Assembly: GCA_016192135.1 (NCBI GenBank)
Contig: JACPUR010000035.1
Location: 95,056 to 159,055, forward strand
Length of the DNA: 64,000 bases
Direction of reading: 5' to 3'
From: Candidatus Tectimicrobiota bacterium
GTDB taxonomy: Bacteria > UBA8248
The translations under genes were made by a program, and so were the position numbers. Shown here piece after piece: positions 35,867 through 46,017 of this stretch (position 1 is its first letter; every line of letters begins with the position of its first letter). The notes under the pieces are model-generated. The model made no database searches. It was not told the origin of the DNA and was given only the letters and a program-made list of their open reading frames with translations.

Positions 35867-36835
35867 TCAGAGGGCAGGAGGGAGGGGGGGCGGGGACTGG
35901 CGCATTCCCCGGATGAGCTCGAGCCCCCGCGCCTCGAACAGCTCCTGAATCTTCTCCGGAGTCCAGCGGTAGAACCCCCGGCCGCTCTTGATGCCGAGGC
36001 GCCCCTCCTCGATCAGGCGGTCGAGCATGGGCGAGGGGTCCGGCCGGTGATCCAGGTGGGGCTGGATGTTCCTGTGGACGTCGCGAAGGACATCGATGCC
36101 CGAGAAATCCGTCATGGCCAGGATGCCGAGCACGGGGATGAGCCGGCCCACCGAGCGCAGGACCGCGTCCACGGCCTCGGGGGTGGCGTAGCCCTGTTCG
36201 ACGATGTAGTAGGCCTCCCGGCGCAGGGCGGTGGTCAGGCGGGTGCCGATGTGGCCGGGGACCTCCCGGCAAATGACGGGCTCCTTGCCCGCCCGGCGCA
36301 AGAGGGCGCACGTGGCCTCGATCACCTCCGGGGCCGTCCGGTCCCCGGGCACCACCTCCACCACCGGGATGAGGGGCGGGGGGGTGTAGTTGTGGGTGGC
36401 GATGCAGCGCTCGGGGCGCCTCGTGCCGCGGGCGATGTCGCTGATGCGCAGGCCCGAGGTTTCGCTGGCGAAGATGGCGCTCTCGGATGCGAGGGACTCC
36501 AGGCGCCGGAAAAGCTCCTGCTTGACCGGAAGCTGCTCGGCGACGGCCTCGACGACGAACCCGGCCTCCGCCACGCAGCCGGCGAGGTCGGTGGTGGGGC
36601 GCACTCGGGCGCGGGCCGCTTCGGCCTCCCCGCGGGAGAGCGCGCCCGCCCCGGCCAGGAGGGCGAGCCCCTTCCCGATGGCCTCCATCGCGCGGGCCGA
36701 GCTCTCCTCCGTGCGGTTGTACATCGCCACGGCGAAGCCGGCCTGGGCGAACTGCTGGGCGACGCCGTGCCCCACGTAGCCGCCGCCCACCACGGCGATC
36801 TTCTGGACGTCTTGCGCCCGGACGAACGGGGCCAT
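35867..36835 (-). CDS. 3-hydroxyacyl-CoA (3-hydroxybutyryl-CoA) dehydrogenase
   Basis: ATG 36835 after GGAG. (IAVVGGGYVG) NAD site and C-terminal 3HCDH domain. Confidence 0.8.
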   Translation of the reverse strand: MAPFVRAQDVQKIAVVGGGYVGHGVAQQFAQAGFAVAMYNRTEESSARAMEAIGKGLALLAGAGALSRGEAEAARARVRPTTDLAGCVAEAGFVVEAVAEQLPVKQELFRRLESLASESAIFASETSGLRISDIARGTRRPERCIATHNYTPPPLIPVVEVVPGDRTAPEVIEATCALLRRAGKEPVICREVPGHIGTRLTTALRREAYYIVEQGYATPEAVDAVLRSVGRLIPVLGILAMTDFSGIDVLRDVHRNIQPHLDHRPDPSPMLDRLIEEGRLGIKSGRGFYRWTPEKIQELFEARGLELIRGMRQSPPPLPPAL

Positions 36836-36840
36836 TGGGC

Positions 36841-38055
36841 TCACTCCGCGATGTAGCCCGTCCGCGCGACGCCGCGCAGCATCTCGCCGATTTTGATCCG
36901 GTGAACGTCCGACGTGCCGTCGATATGGTAGCACATGAGCGCGTCCCGCAGGATTTTCTCGACCGGGTAGTCGCGCATGTACCCGTAGCCCCCCATGAGC
37001 TGGAGCGCCATGTCGCACACCTTGGGGCCCACGTCCGAGGAGAAGATGGAGGCGAGGATGCCGTGCTTGGCGTCGTAGTCGGGCTGGTCCGCCATCCATG
37101 CCGCCTGGACGCATACGGCGCGGGCGGCCTCGAGCTGGGCCGCCATCTCCCCGAGCCGGAGGGCGACGGTGGGATGCTCGATGACGGGCTTTCCTCCCTG
37201 GACCCGGGTTTTCGCGTATTCGACGGCGTACTCGAAGGCCGCGCGCCCCAGGGCGAGGCCGAAGGCCCCCGTCGTCGGCACGTGCCGCGCCCCGAACGAG
37301 GCGAGGTAGCGAAGCCCCTGGTTCACCTCGCTCACCCGGTTGAAGTCGGGCACCCGGCAGTTCTCGAAGATGAGCTCGGCGTTCATCATCAGGCGGTTCC
37401 CGAGCTTGTCGTGGATGCGCCCGACGCGGAACCCCGGCGTCCCCCTCTCGATGAGGAACACGGTCAGGCCCCGGGTGACGCCCACCGACTTGTCCGTGCG
37501 GGTCGCGATGAAGAAGAGCTTGGCGACCGAGGCGCAGGCGATGAAGTGCTTGGTGCCGTTGATCACCCAGCCGTCCCCGTCCCGCACCGCGGTGGTGCGA
37601 ACGCCGCCGTCCGGCCCGTCGTAGGGCATGAGGGTGTCGCAGCCGGAATCGGGCTCGGTCATCGCGACGGCCAGGAGCGCCCGGTCGTCATCCGTGAACT
37701 TGGGGAGAAAGTGGTCCCGCTGCTCCCTCGAGCACTTCTGGACGAGGAGCTTGGCCATTTTCCAGGCCTGGTGGAAATGGGTGGCGAAACCCGAATCCGC
37801 CTGGCAGAGCTCCTCCAGCATGAGAAGATGGGTGAGGATGCCGATGCCGCCGCCGCCGTATTCCTTGGGGAGGGCCGCCGTGCGGAGCCCGGCCCTCGAT
37901 CCTTCCTCGATGACGTGCCAGGGGAAGCGCCGGTGCACTTCGGCGGGGTCCGCCAGCCGGTCGAGCTCGGCCACGACGGGCTTGATCTTCCTCATGGCGA
38001 AGTCGCGGGCCAGCTCTCGCAGCCTGATTTGCTCGTCCGAAAGCCGCATGTCCAT
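36841..38055 (-). CDS. acyl-CoA dehydrogenase
   Basis: ACAD N, middle and C domains. (GGYGYMRDYPVEKILRDA). Confidence 0.85.
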   Translation of the reverse strand: MDMRLSDEQIRLRELARDFAMRKIKPVVAELDRLADPAEVHRRFPWHVIEEGSRAGLRTAALPKEYGGGGIGILTHLLMLEELCQADSGFATHFHQAWKMAKLLVQKCSREQRDHFLPKFTDDDRALLAVAMTEPDSGCDTLMPYDGPDGGVRTTAVRDGDGWVINGTKHFIACASVAKLFFIATRTDKSVGVTRGLTVFLIERGTPGFRVGRIHDKLGNRLMMNAELIFENCRVPDFNRVSEVNQGLRYLASFGARHVPTTGAFGLALGRAAFEYAVEYAKTRVQGGKPVIEHPTVALRLGEMAAQLEAARAVCVQAAWMADQPDYDAKHGILASIFSSDVGPKVCDMALQLMGGYGYMRDYPVEKILRDALMCYHIDGTSDVHRIKIGEMLRGVARTGYIAE

Positions 38056-38589
38056 GTTGCCATTCCTCCGGTATGGGCCGGCAGGATTCCTGCCGTTGAG
38101 CGTGTCCGGTAAGAGCGTTCCCAGCGCAATGGGATCATGTCCCCGCGATCCCGCTTGAATCGGACACTACGATCCTTTTTGTGCCATGTCATTCTCTTGT
38201 CCGCCCCCATCCGCGGTCCAATAATTCCGCTCCTCTCGCGGATTCGCCAGACCCCCGGCGCCTGGGCCTGGCTCGTTCAAGCGGCGCTGGAGTATCCGCC
38301 GTTTTTCCGGGCGGCACTTGATTTCGGGCGAGGTTTGGACGATAAGATGGGGGGTCGCGGCCGGGATTTGCCCGCCGCGGGCTTCTTTTTCTGGCAGGAG
38401 GCCGATCGGCCATGCATCGGTGGAATCCAGTCCGAGGGAGGGCCAGGGGCGCGGCCAAGACGCCCCGACCGTCGCTGGCTCCCTAGGCGCCAGCGCAGGT
38501 GAGCGCCAGCCGGGCGGAAAAGCCTCGCAGCGAGGGAGGCGGCGCCGGGCGGGCCAACAGTGGATTCTCTCCCTAGGAGCCCGTGATTC

Positions 38590-40239
38590 ATGCCGAAGCG
38601 CACTGTCGTCTCTCAAGCGGCCCCGAAAGGCCCGGCCGCCTCGATTCCCCGCGTACGCATCTTCGACACCACCCTCCGGGACGGCGAGCAGTCCCCCGGC
38701 TGCAGCATGGACCGCTTCCAGAAGGTCCAGATGGCTCTCCAGCTCGAGAAGCTGGGGGTGGACATCATCGAGGCCGGCTTCCCCATCGCGTCGAACGATG
38801 AGTTCGAGGCCGTGCGGGACGTGGCCAAGGCGGTCAAGCGGCCCATCGTGGCCGGCCTCTCCCGCTCCTCTCGCGGGGACATCGACCGGTGCTGGGACGC
38901 CGTCCGCCACGCGCGGCGGCCGCGCATCCACACCTTCATCGCCACCTCCGACATCCACCTCAAGTACAAGCTCAAGATGACGCGGCAGGACCTCCTGAAG
39001 GAGATCGCCGCCTCGGTGCGGTACGCCCGGAAGCTCTGCCGCGACATCGAGTGGAGCGCCGAGGACGCCACCCGGTCGGACTGGGACTTCCTCGCCGAGG
39101 CCGTCAAGGTCGCCATCGCCGAGGGCGCCACGACCATCAATCTGCCCGACACGGTGGGCTACATCGTCCCGAGCGAGTTCCGCCGCTTCTGGGAGCACAT
39201 CTTCGAGAAGGTCCCGGCCTACGAGGACGTCGTCTTCAGCGCCCACTGCCACAACGACCTGGGCCTGGCCGTGGCCAACAGCCTGATGGCCGTGGAGTGC
39301 GGCGTGCGCCAGGTCGAGTGCACCGTCAACGGCATCGGGGAGCGGGCCGGGAACGCCTCGCTCGAGGAGGTCGTGATGGCGCTCCACACGCGCGAGGACG
39401 CGCTGCCCTTCACCACGAACATCCGCACGCGGGAGATCTACCCGGCGAGCCGCCTCCTCACCTCGATGACGGGCATCCCCGTCCAGCCGAACAAGGCCGT
39501 CGTGGGCAAGAACGCCTTCGCCCACGAGGCGGGCATCCACCAGCACGGCGTCCTCTCCAAGGCCATCACCTACGAGATCATGACGCCCAAGTCGGTGGGC
39601 CGGCCCTCCAACTCGCTCGTGCTCGGGAAGCACTCGGGCCGGGCCGGGCTGCGCAACCGCTACGCGCAGCTCGGCTTCAAGATGACGAAGGACGAGGTCT
39701 CGGCCATCTACCCGCGCTTCATCGACCTGGCGGACAAGAAGCGCGAGGTCTACGACGAGGACCTCATCGCCCTCCTGCAGGAGGAGCGGGCGGGCCAGGC
39801 CGGCAGCTCCTACCAACTCGAGTTCCTCCAGGTGACGAGCTCCACGGGCACCCAGCCGGCGGCGACGGCCATGGTCCGCATCCGGGAGGGCGACACGGTG
39901 CACTCCGAAGTGGGCCGAGGGAACGGCCCCGTGGACGCGGCGGTCTACGCCATCCTGCGCATCACGGGGGCCAAGTGCCGGCTCACGGACTTCGCGGTGC
40001 ACTCCGTCACCCGGGGGCGCGACGCCATGGCCGAGGCGAACCTGACGGTGGAGTTCGAAGACGGGATTCAGCTCGCGGGCCACGCGGCGAGCCCCGACAC
40101 CGTCGAGGCGGGGGCCAAGGCCTTCCTCAACGCCGTGAACAAGCACCGCCTCACCCAGAGCCTGAAGCAGAACGGCCCGAAGGGGAAGGGCAGGAAGAAG
40201 AAGAACGGCCGCGCGAAGGAGGAACTGAAAGGCATCTGA
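38590..40239 (+). CDS. leuA: 2-isopropylmalate synthase
   Basis: ([15 protein letters not shown]) and ([14 protein letters not shown]) HMGL-like motifs plus the LeuA dimerisation domain. Confidence 0.9.
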   Translation: MPKRTVVSQAAPKGPAASIPRVRIFDTTLRDGEQSPGCSMDRFQKVQMALQLEKLGVDIIEAGFPIASNDEFEAVRDVAKAVKRPIVAGLSRSSRGDIDRCWDAVRHARRPRIHTFIATSDIHLKYKLKMTRQDLLKEIAASVRYARKLCRDIEWSAEDATRSDWDFLAEAVKVAIAEGATTINLPDTVGYIVPSEFRRFWEHIFEKVPAYEDVVFSAHCHNDLGLAVANSLMAVECGVRQVECTVNGIGERAGNASLEEVVMALHTREDALPFTTNIRTREIYPASRLLTSMTGIPVQPNKAVVGKNAFAHEAGIHQHGVLSKAITYEIMTPKSVGRPSNSLVLGKHSGRAGLRNRYAQLGFKMTKDEVSAIYPRFIDLADKKREVYDEDLIALLQEERAGQAGSSYQLEFLQVTSSTGTQPAATAMVRIREGDTVHSEVGRGNGPVDAAVYAILRITGAKCRLTDFAVHSVTRGRDAMAEANLTVEFEDGIQLAGHAASPDTVEAGAKAFLNAVNKHRLTQSLKQNGPKGKGRKKKNGRAKEELKGI

Positions 40240-40260
40240 CGCGCAAGGCGCGAGTCGCGG

Positions 40261-40291
40261 GCGGGGCCCTTCGGGGCCCCGCTTTTTTTCC
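40261..40291 (+). terminator. rho-independent terminator after leuA
   Basis: GCGGGGCCC-TTCG-GGGCCCCGC followed by TTTTTTT. Confidence 0.65.
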
Positions 40292-40504
40292 TGCGCCGCG
40301 CGGATGCCCGCTGGGCCGTAGCGTATCCCTTTCTCGTTGCCTTTCGTCGCCAATTGTGGTTAATTGCATCCATTAGTCGTTTCTTTGTGCAAACGAAGGG
40401 AGGCGCTCTTTCCCCGGGGGGCCTTTCCTGCGCGGCTTTTCCCGAACTCCGCCGTTTTTTCCCGGGCGGTGGCCCACGTTGCCAAATCGAGGGAGGGGCA
40501 AAGC

Positions 40505-41779
40505 ATGAAGCACACCGGAAAATTCTGGTTCGGAGGATGGGCGCTGGCCGTCTGGTTCGCCGCCGCCTCTCTCCTGGCGGGTTTCCCGACGGCCGCCCAG
40601 GCCGCCGAGAAGCCCATCAAGATCGGCTTCAGCATGGCGCTGACTGGCGGCCTCGCCGCGGGGGGGAAGGCGGCCCTTCTGGCCATGCAGATTTGGGCCG
40701 AAGACGTGAACAAGAAGGGCGGGCTGCTGGGGCGGCCCGTTGAGTTGGTGTTCTACGATGACCAGACCAAGCCCGCGAACGTGCCCACGATCTACACGAA
40801 GCTCCTCGACGTGGACAAGGTGGATTTCGTGGTTTCACCCTATGGCACCAACATGACCGCTCCGGCCATGCCCATCGTGATGGAGCGCAAGCTTACGTTC
40901 ATATCCCTCTTCGCCCTCGCCATCAATGAGAAGTTCAACTACCCCTATTATTTCGGAAGCATGCCGACGGGCCCGAAACCTTACGATGACTGGTCCACGG
41001 GTTTCTTTGAAGTCGCTGCCGCGCAGAACCCCAAGCCCCGGACGGTCGCCCTCGTCGGCGCGGACGCCGAGTATCCTGTGAACGCCCTCACTGGCGCCCG
41101 GAAGAACATCCAGAAGCATGGCTTCCGGATCGTCTATGACAAGCGTTATCCCCCGGCCACGACGGACTACACCCCCATCGCCCGCGCCATCAAGGCGGTC
41201 AACCCGGACATCGTCTACGTAGCCTCCTATCCCCCCGATACGGTGGGCATGATCAAGGCCTCCAAAGAGGTCAACCTCAAGCCCAAGATCTTTGGAGGGG
41301 GCATGGTGGGGCTTCAGTTCACCCCCATTCAGCAGAATCTCGGGGTTGCGCTGAACGGGATAGTGAACTACCACACCTGGGTGCCCGAGCCGACCCTGAT
41401 GTTTCCCGGCATCGGAGATTTCTTCAAGAAGTACAAGCCCAGGGCTGTCGCCGAGAAGCTCGATCCTTTAGGCTACTATCTTCCGCCGTTGGCCTACGCC
41501 TACCTGGAGGTTCTGGCCCAGGCCATCGAGGCCACGAAGAGCCTGGATCAGAAGATGGTCGGGGAGTACATCCGCAAGACCGAGTTCAGCACGATCGCGG
41601 GCAAGATTAAGTTCGCCACCAACGGCGAGTGGGCGAAATCCCGCATGCTCATGACCCAGTTCCAAAACATCAAGAGCGGCGATTTGGAGGAGTTCAGCAA
41701 GCCGGGCAAGATGGTGGTGCTTTCTCCCGAGGAGTTCAAGTCCGGGAAGCTGATCTATCCGTTCCAGGGCTGGAAGTAG
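40505..41779 (+). CDS. branched-chain amino acid ABC transporter substrate-binding protein (LivJ/K-like)
   Basis: ATG 40505 after GAGGGAGGGG. Signal peptide. Peripla_BP_6-like fold. Confidence 0.8.
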   Translation: MKHTGKFWFGGWALAVWFAAASLLAGFPTAAQAAEKPIKIGFSMALTGGLAAGGKAALLAMQIWAEDVNKKGGLLGRPVELVFYDDQTKPANVPTIYTKLLDVDKVDFVVSPYGTNMTAPAMPIVMERKLTFISLFALAINEKFNYPYYFGSMPTGPKPYDDWSTGFFEVAAAQNPKPRTVALVGADAEYPVNALTGARKNIQKHGFRIVYDKRYPPATTDYTPIARAIKAVNPDIVYVASYPPDTVGMIKASKEVNLKPKIFGGGMVGLQFTPIQQNLGVALNGIVNYHTWVPEPTLMFPGIGDFFKKYKPRAVAEKLDPLGYYLPPLAYAYLEVLAQAIEATKSLDQKMVGEYIRKTEFSTIAGKIKFATNGEWAKSRMLMTQFQNIKSGDLEEFSKPGKMVVLSPEEFKSGKLIYPFQGWK

Positions 41780-41851
41780 CTTTTCCTTCGCGGCAAGGGA
41801 CAAGGGCCGTGCCTTCCTGAGGTGCGCGCCCTTGTCCTTTGTTGAGAAAGG

Positions 41852-42730
41852 ATGGGCTCGAAATTCATGGAATTGTTGCTGAACGCCGTCAAGGATGGGT
41901 TGCTGCTGGGGGGTTTTTACGGCGCTATCAGCGTGGGGCTTACGATCTCCTTTGGCCTCCTGGATGTGGTCAACATCGCGCATCCGATATTCATTATTCT
42001 GGGTTCTTACATCGCCTACGTTCTGAACTCGACTTGGGGGGTTGACCCTCTTCTTGCGGGCCTCTTGCCCGCTCCTCTCTTCTATTGGCTCGGGGTGGCG
42101 GTCTACCGCGTCTACTACAGGAGCTTCGAGAGGAGGGGCGAGGAGTCCCTGCGGGGGCTGGTGTTCTTCTTCGGTATTCTGTTTCTCATCGAGGTGAGCC
42201 TCATCATCACCTACGGGGTGGACTACCGGCTGGTGAGCGCGGGTTACATCGGGCGATCCTTGGATTTGGGGGGCTTGAGCTTCGCCTATCGCCTGCTCGT
42301 CCCCTTCCTCGCGGGTTCCCTGCTGACGCTGGCTCTTTTCCTGTTCCTCACCAGGACCTTCTACGGAAAGGCCATCATGGGGGTCTCTCAGGACCGTTTC
42401 GCCCTTCAGCTCATGGGGGCTGACCCCGTCAAGATCAAGACCATCGCCTTCGGCCTGAGCATCGCCACAACGAGCCTGGCCGGCGCCCTGCTCATCATAA
42501 TCGGCCCCGTCGAGCCTTCTGTGGGAAGGGTGTACATCGGGCGGGTGTTCGCCGTCGTCGTTTTGGGGGGGATGGGGAGCGTGGGGGGGACCTTGGTCGC
42601 CGCCATCATCGTCGGTGTGGCGGAGAGCTTGACCTCCATCTTCGTGGGGCCCGCTTGGTCGGAGGCCGTCTCTTTCGCGCTGCTTCTGCTTGCCCTGGCG
42701 GTGAGGCCTTCCGGCCTCTTCGGAAGATAG
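41852..42730 (+). CDS. livH: branched-chain amino acid ABC permease LivH
   Basis: 8-TM BPD_transp_2 permease. Confidence 0.8.
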   Translation: MGSKFMELLLNAVKDGLLLGGFYGAISVGLTISFGLLDVVNIAHPIFIILGSYIAYVLNSTWGVDPLLAGLLPAPLFYWLGVAVYRVYYRSFERRGEESLRGLVFFFGILFLIEVSLIITYGVDYRLVSAGYIGRSLDLGGLSFAYRLLVPFLAGSLLTLALFLFLTRTFYGKAIMGVSQDRFALQLMGADPVKIKTIAFGLSIATTSLAGALLIIIGPVEPSVGRVYIGRVFAVVVLGGMGSVGGTLVAAIIVGVAESLTSIFVGPAWSEAVSFALLLLALAVRPSGLFGR

Positions 42731-42732
42731 CC

Positions 42733-43683
42733 TTGAAGCGCTGGGTTTGGCCTGTTTTGGTAGCGACAGCACTCATGCTGGCGACCTTGCTGTCGCAAAG
42801 GTTCATCCGGAATCAGTATTTCTTCTTCGCGGGCTACGTCATTCTGCAATACGTTATCCTCGCCACCGCCTGGAACATATTGGGCGGCTACACCGGCTAT
42901 GTGAATTTCGGGACGTCGGCCTTCTTCGCCCTGGGTGCCTACTCGGCGGCGATTCTGATCAACAAGCTGGGCGTTTCCCACTTCCTGGCCCTCGTCGTCG
43001 CGGGAGGGCTGATCTCCGGGCTCCTGGGGCTGGGCATCGGATACCTGACGCTCCGCCTGAGAGGGGTGTTTTTCTCGATCGCCACCTTGGCCCTCGCCGT
43101 CGTTTTGCAGACGGCCATCATCAATTGGGATTATGTCGGAGGAGCGCGGGGGATCTATGTTCTGCGGCCGAAGGAAGCTCCCTTCTTCGGGCATTACGTG
43201 GAGTTTCTCTTCATCATGATGGTGCTCCTCTCCTTGGTTTCCGTCGGGGTGGCCTGGTGGATCGAGAATTCCTGGGTCGGACGGGGGCTCGCCGCGATCC
43301 GGGACAACGAGGAGGCGGCCGAGTGCATGGGAGTTCCCATCCTCAAGCTCAAACTCTTCGCCACCACCGTGAGCGGGATTCTCATGGGCGTTGCGGGGGC
43401 CCCCTTCCCCTACTACATCACCTACCTGGAGCCTTCCTCGGCCTTCAACCTGGACTACGCCGTGAACAGCCTGGCCATGCCCATGATCGGCGGGACGACG
43501 ACCTGGATCGGGCCCGTGATCGGGGCGGTCCTCTTGGGGACGGCCCAGCAGCTGGCCACGGTGACCATTTCCTCGCATTTGAACCTTCTTCTGGTGGGGG
43601 TGATTCTCGTGGCCTTCGTCGTGTTGGCGCCTGAGGGAATCGTCGGCCTTGTGCAGCGGCTCAGGAGGAGGAAGCTTTCCTGA
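42733..43683 (+). CDS. livM: branched-chain amino acid ABC permease LivM
   Basis: TTG 42733 after GGAAG. BPD_transp_2 permease. The ORF-track upstream extension overlaps livH and is rejected. Confidence 0.75.
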   Translation: MKRWVWPVLVATALMLATLLSQRFIRNQYFFFAGYVILQYVILATAWNILGGYTGYVNFGTSAFFALGAYSAAILINKLGVSHFLALVVAGGLISGLLGLGIGYLTLRLRGVFFSIATLALAVVLQTAIINWDYVGGARGIYVLRPKEAPFFGHYVEFLFIMMVLLSLVSVGVAWWIENSWVGRGLAAIRDNEEAAECMGVPILKLKLFATTVSGILMGVAGAPFPYYITYLEPSSAFNLDYAVNSLAMPMIGGTTTWIGPVIGAVLLGTAQQLATVTISSHLNLLLVGVILVAFVVLAPEGIVGLVQRLRRRKLS

Positions 43684-44402
43684 TGGCGGAAGCCCTGCTG
43701 GAAGTCCAAGGCGTGGTCAAGCGCTTCGGGGGCTTCACCGCCCTGAACGGCGTCTCCTTCGAGGTGAGGGAGGGCGAGCGCTTCGGCCTCATCGGGCCGA
43801 ACGGATCGGGCAAGACCACCCTCATCAACTGCATCTCGGGGGCGCTCCGCAACGACGACGGGCGGATCCTCTTCCGCGGGATCGACATCACCAGGACACC
43901 CGCGTACCGGCGGACCCGGCTGGGGATCGCGCGGAGCTTCCAGATCCCCCGGCCATTCTCCAGCATGACGGTGGCGGAGAACCTCTGCATCCCGCTCGAG
44001 TACGCCGCCGGCGTCCGCGACGCGGACGCTCCCGGCGAGGCGCGGGAGATCCTCCGGCGCATCGGGCTCGAATCCAAGGCGGACGCGCCGACCGGCGGCC
44101 TCACCCAGATCGAGCTGCGCAAGCTCGAGCTCGCCCGCGCCATGGCGGCCCGGCCCAGCCTCCTCATCTCGGACGAGGCCATGGCGGGGCTCTCCAGCGC
44201 CGAGGTGGACGAGATCCTCGCCCTCCTCGGCCGCCTCAACGCCCAGGGAATCACCGTCATCATGATCGAGCACATCATGCGGGCGGTCATGAGCTTCTCC
44301 GAGCGAATCGTGGTGCTCGACGCGGGGGACAAGATAGCGGAGGGCACGCCCGGGGAGATCGTGAACAACAAGGACGTGGAGAAGGCCTACCTTGGCGAAT
44401 AG
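43683..44402 (+). CDS. livG: branched-chain amino acid ABC ATP-binding protein LivG
   Basis: (GPNGSGKTT) Walker A. ABC signature. H-loop. Confidence 0.85.
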   Translation: MAEALLEVQGVVKRFGGFTALNGVSFEVREGERFGLIGPNGSGKTTLINCISGALRNDDGRILFRGIDITRTPAYRRTRLGIARSFQIPRPFSSMTVAENLCIPLEYAAGVRDADAPGEAREILRRIGLESKADAPTGGLTQIELRKLELARAMAARPSLLISDEAMAGLSSAEVDEILALLGRLNAQGITVIMIEHIMRAVMSFSERIVVLDAGDKIAEGTPGEIVNNKDVEKAYLGE

Positions 44403-45123
44403 GCTGGTCCTCAAGGACGTGCGGGCGGGCTACGGGTCCGTCCAGGTCCTCCACGGCGTCTCGGTGGAGGTCGCCGAGGGCGAGACGGTCGTGCTCCTCG
44501 GCACGAACGGCAACGGGAAGAGCACCCTCATTAAGTGCATCATGGGCATGGTGCGGCCGGATGCCGGGGAGATCTACCTCGAGCGCGACGGCCGGCGCAT
44601 CGACCTCATCGGGAAAGCGCCGGAGGAGGTGGTGAACCTCGGCATCACCCTCGTCCCCGAGGGGAGGCGGCTCTTCCCCAAGCTCACGGTCGAGGAGAAC
44701 CTCCTCCTCGGCGCCTACCGCGCCGAGGCGCGGCGCGAGATCGGCGGCAACCTCGCCTTCTGCTACGAGGCCTTCCCCATCCTGGAGCAGCGCAAGCGCC
44801 AGCTCGCCGGGAGCATGAGCGGGGGCGAGCAGCAGATGCTCGCCGTGGCCCGGGCCCTCATGTCGGCCCCGCGCATCCTCCTGGTGGACGAGCCCTCCGT
44901 GGGCCTCGCCCCCATCTTAGTCAGCCGCGTGATCGCCAAGATCAAGGAGCTCAAGGAGCGCTACCACCTCACCGTCCTGATGGCCGAGCAGAACTTCAAC
45001 CAGGCCGTCAAGATCGCCGACCGTGGCTACATCATCGTCCACGGCCAGATCGAGTTCGAGGGCAAGGACGCGGGCGAGCTCTCCGGCCACGAGCTCGTCA
45101 AGAAGTTCTACCTCGGGTTGTAG
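44392..45123 (+). CDS. livF: branched-chain amino acid ABC ATP-binding protein LivF
   Basis: TTG start. (GTNGNGKST) Walker A. (MSGGEQQMLAVARAL). Confidence 0.85.
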   Translation: MANRLVLKDVRAGYGSVQVLHGVSVEVAEGETVVLLGTNGNGKSTLIKCIMGMVRPDAGEIYLERDGRRIDLIGKAPEEVVNLGITLVPEGRRLFPKLTVEENLLLGAYRAEARREIGGNLAFCYEAFPILEQRKRQLAGSMSGGEQQMLAVARALMSAPRILLVDEPSVGLAPILVSRVIAKIKELKERYHLTVLMAEQNFNQAVKIADRGYIIVHGQIEFEGKDAGELSGHELVKKFYLGL

Positions 45124-45329
45124 GGCCTCCCGCGCGAACCCGTCATCACCGTTTTTTATCGTTGAATCGCGTTGAACCGTCCCCTCGCGCGCGCCCCGAA
45201 AAATGGGGAAGTATCCGGTATTATCCGCGACTGTCCGGCACGCCCCCGCCCCGCCGCGCGCCCCCTCGCTTCGTAAAAAAAAGGCGTAATTCCCCATAAT
45301 TTCCCGGAACGGGCCGGAAGGCCCCTCTC

Positions 45330-45960
45330 TCCCACGGCCGGCCTCCTTGTCCCCCCCCTTTGGAACACCCCCCCTTGCCAAGGGGGGCAGGGGGGGTAGC
45401 AGGAGGGGGAGGTAAAGGGGGGCGAGCGGTTTACAGCCCCCGCCCCGGGGCGCCTTCCCCCTGCCCAATCCCGAATCTAGGCTCCACCGGGAGAAAGCCC
45501 GTTACCGCAAATCGCGCCAATTTCGCGCACCTTCATGCATGGGGGGTTTTTCGATACCCCCCATCGCGCCTTTGCCGGGTCCAGGCGGACCCGGCCCTTC
45601 CCCCAAGGGGGGCGGCGCATCCTCCGCCCCCTGTTTTCCCGGGTCCCCAAACCGGCCTGCCGGTTTGGGAGGAGGGGGGGAGGTATTGGGGGGGTGGTGC
45701 TGGGTGAAAAGGGATGCGCCCGGCCCCCGAATGACGGATAATGGAGTGCACAAAAGCTCAAAAAAATGCTCATTTTTTGCGTGAATTTGGGGGAAAACGG
45801 CGCGTTTTTTCCAAATTCGGCCCCGTTTTTGTGCCAGCGAGGCAGGGCATGGGCGCCCTACGTTTTTCCCTCTCCCTCCGGGAGAGGGTAGGGTGAGGGC
45901 GCGGACGGGGGCATTCCCTCACCCCGGCCCTCTCCCAAGGGGAGAGGGGGAAGGACCAAC
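45330..45960. repeat. non-coding region dense in hairpins, homopolymer C/G tracts and REP-family-1 units
   Basis: C8 and C7 runs at 45351-45374. G-run clusters at 45382-45422 and 45666-45704. Perfect hairpins (ATGGGGGG..CCCCCCAT, CCAAACCGG-CCTG-CCGGTTTGG). Family-1 unit at 45866-45952. No credible ORF. Confidence 0.45.
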
Positions 45961-46017
45961 GGACGGATTCAACCGCGCATTCCGCGTGAAGTGCCGCCCT
46001 TTCCCGGAGGCCCCGCC

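Noticed and set aside
45360-45784. ORFs 45360-45707 (+) and 45477-45773 (-) inside the long intergenic region
   Set aside because: Gly/Pro homopolymer-like translations produced by poly-G/C tracts. No start signals and no domains.
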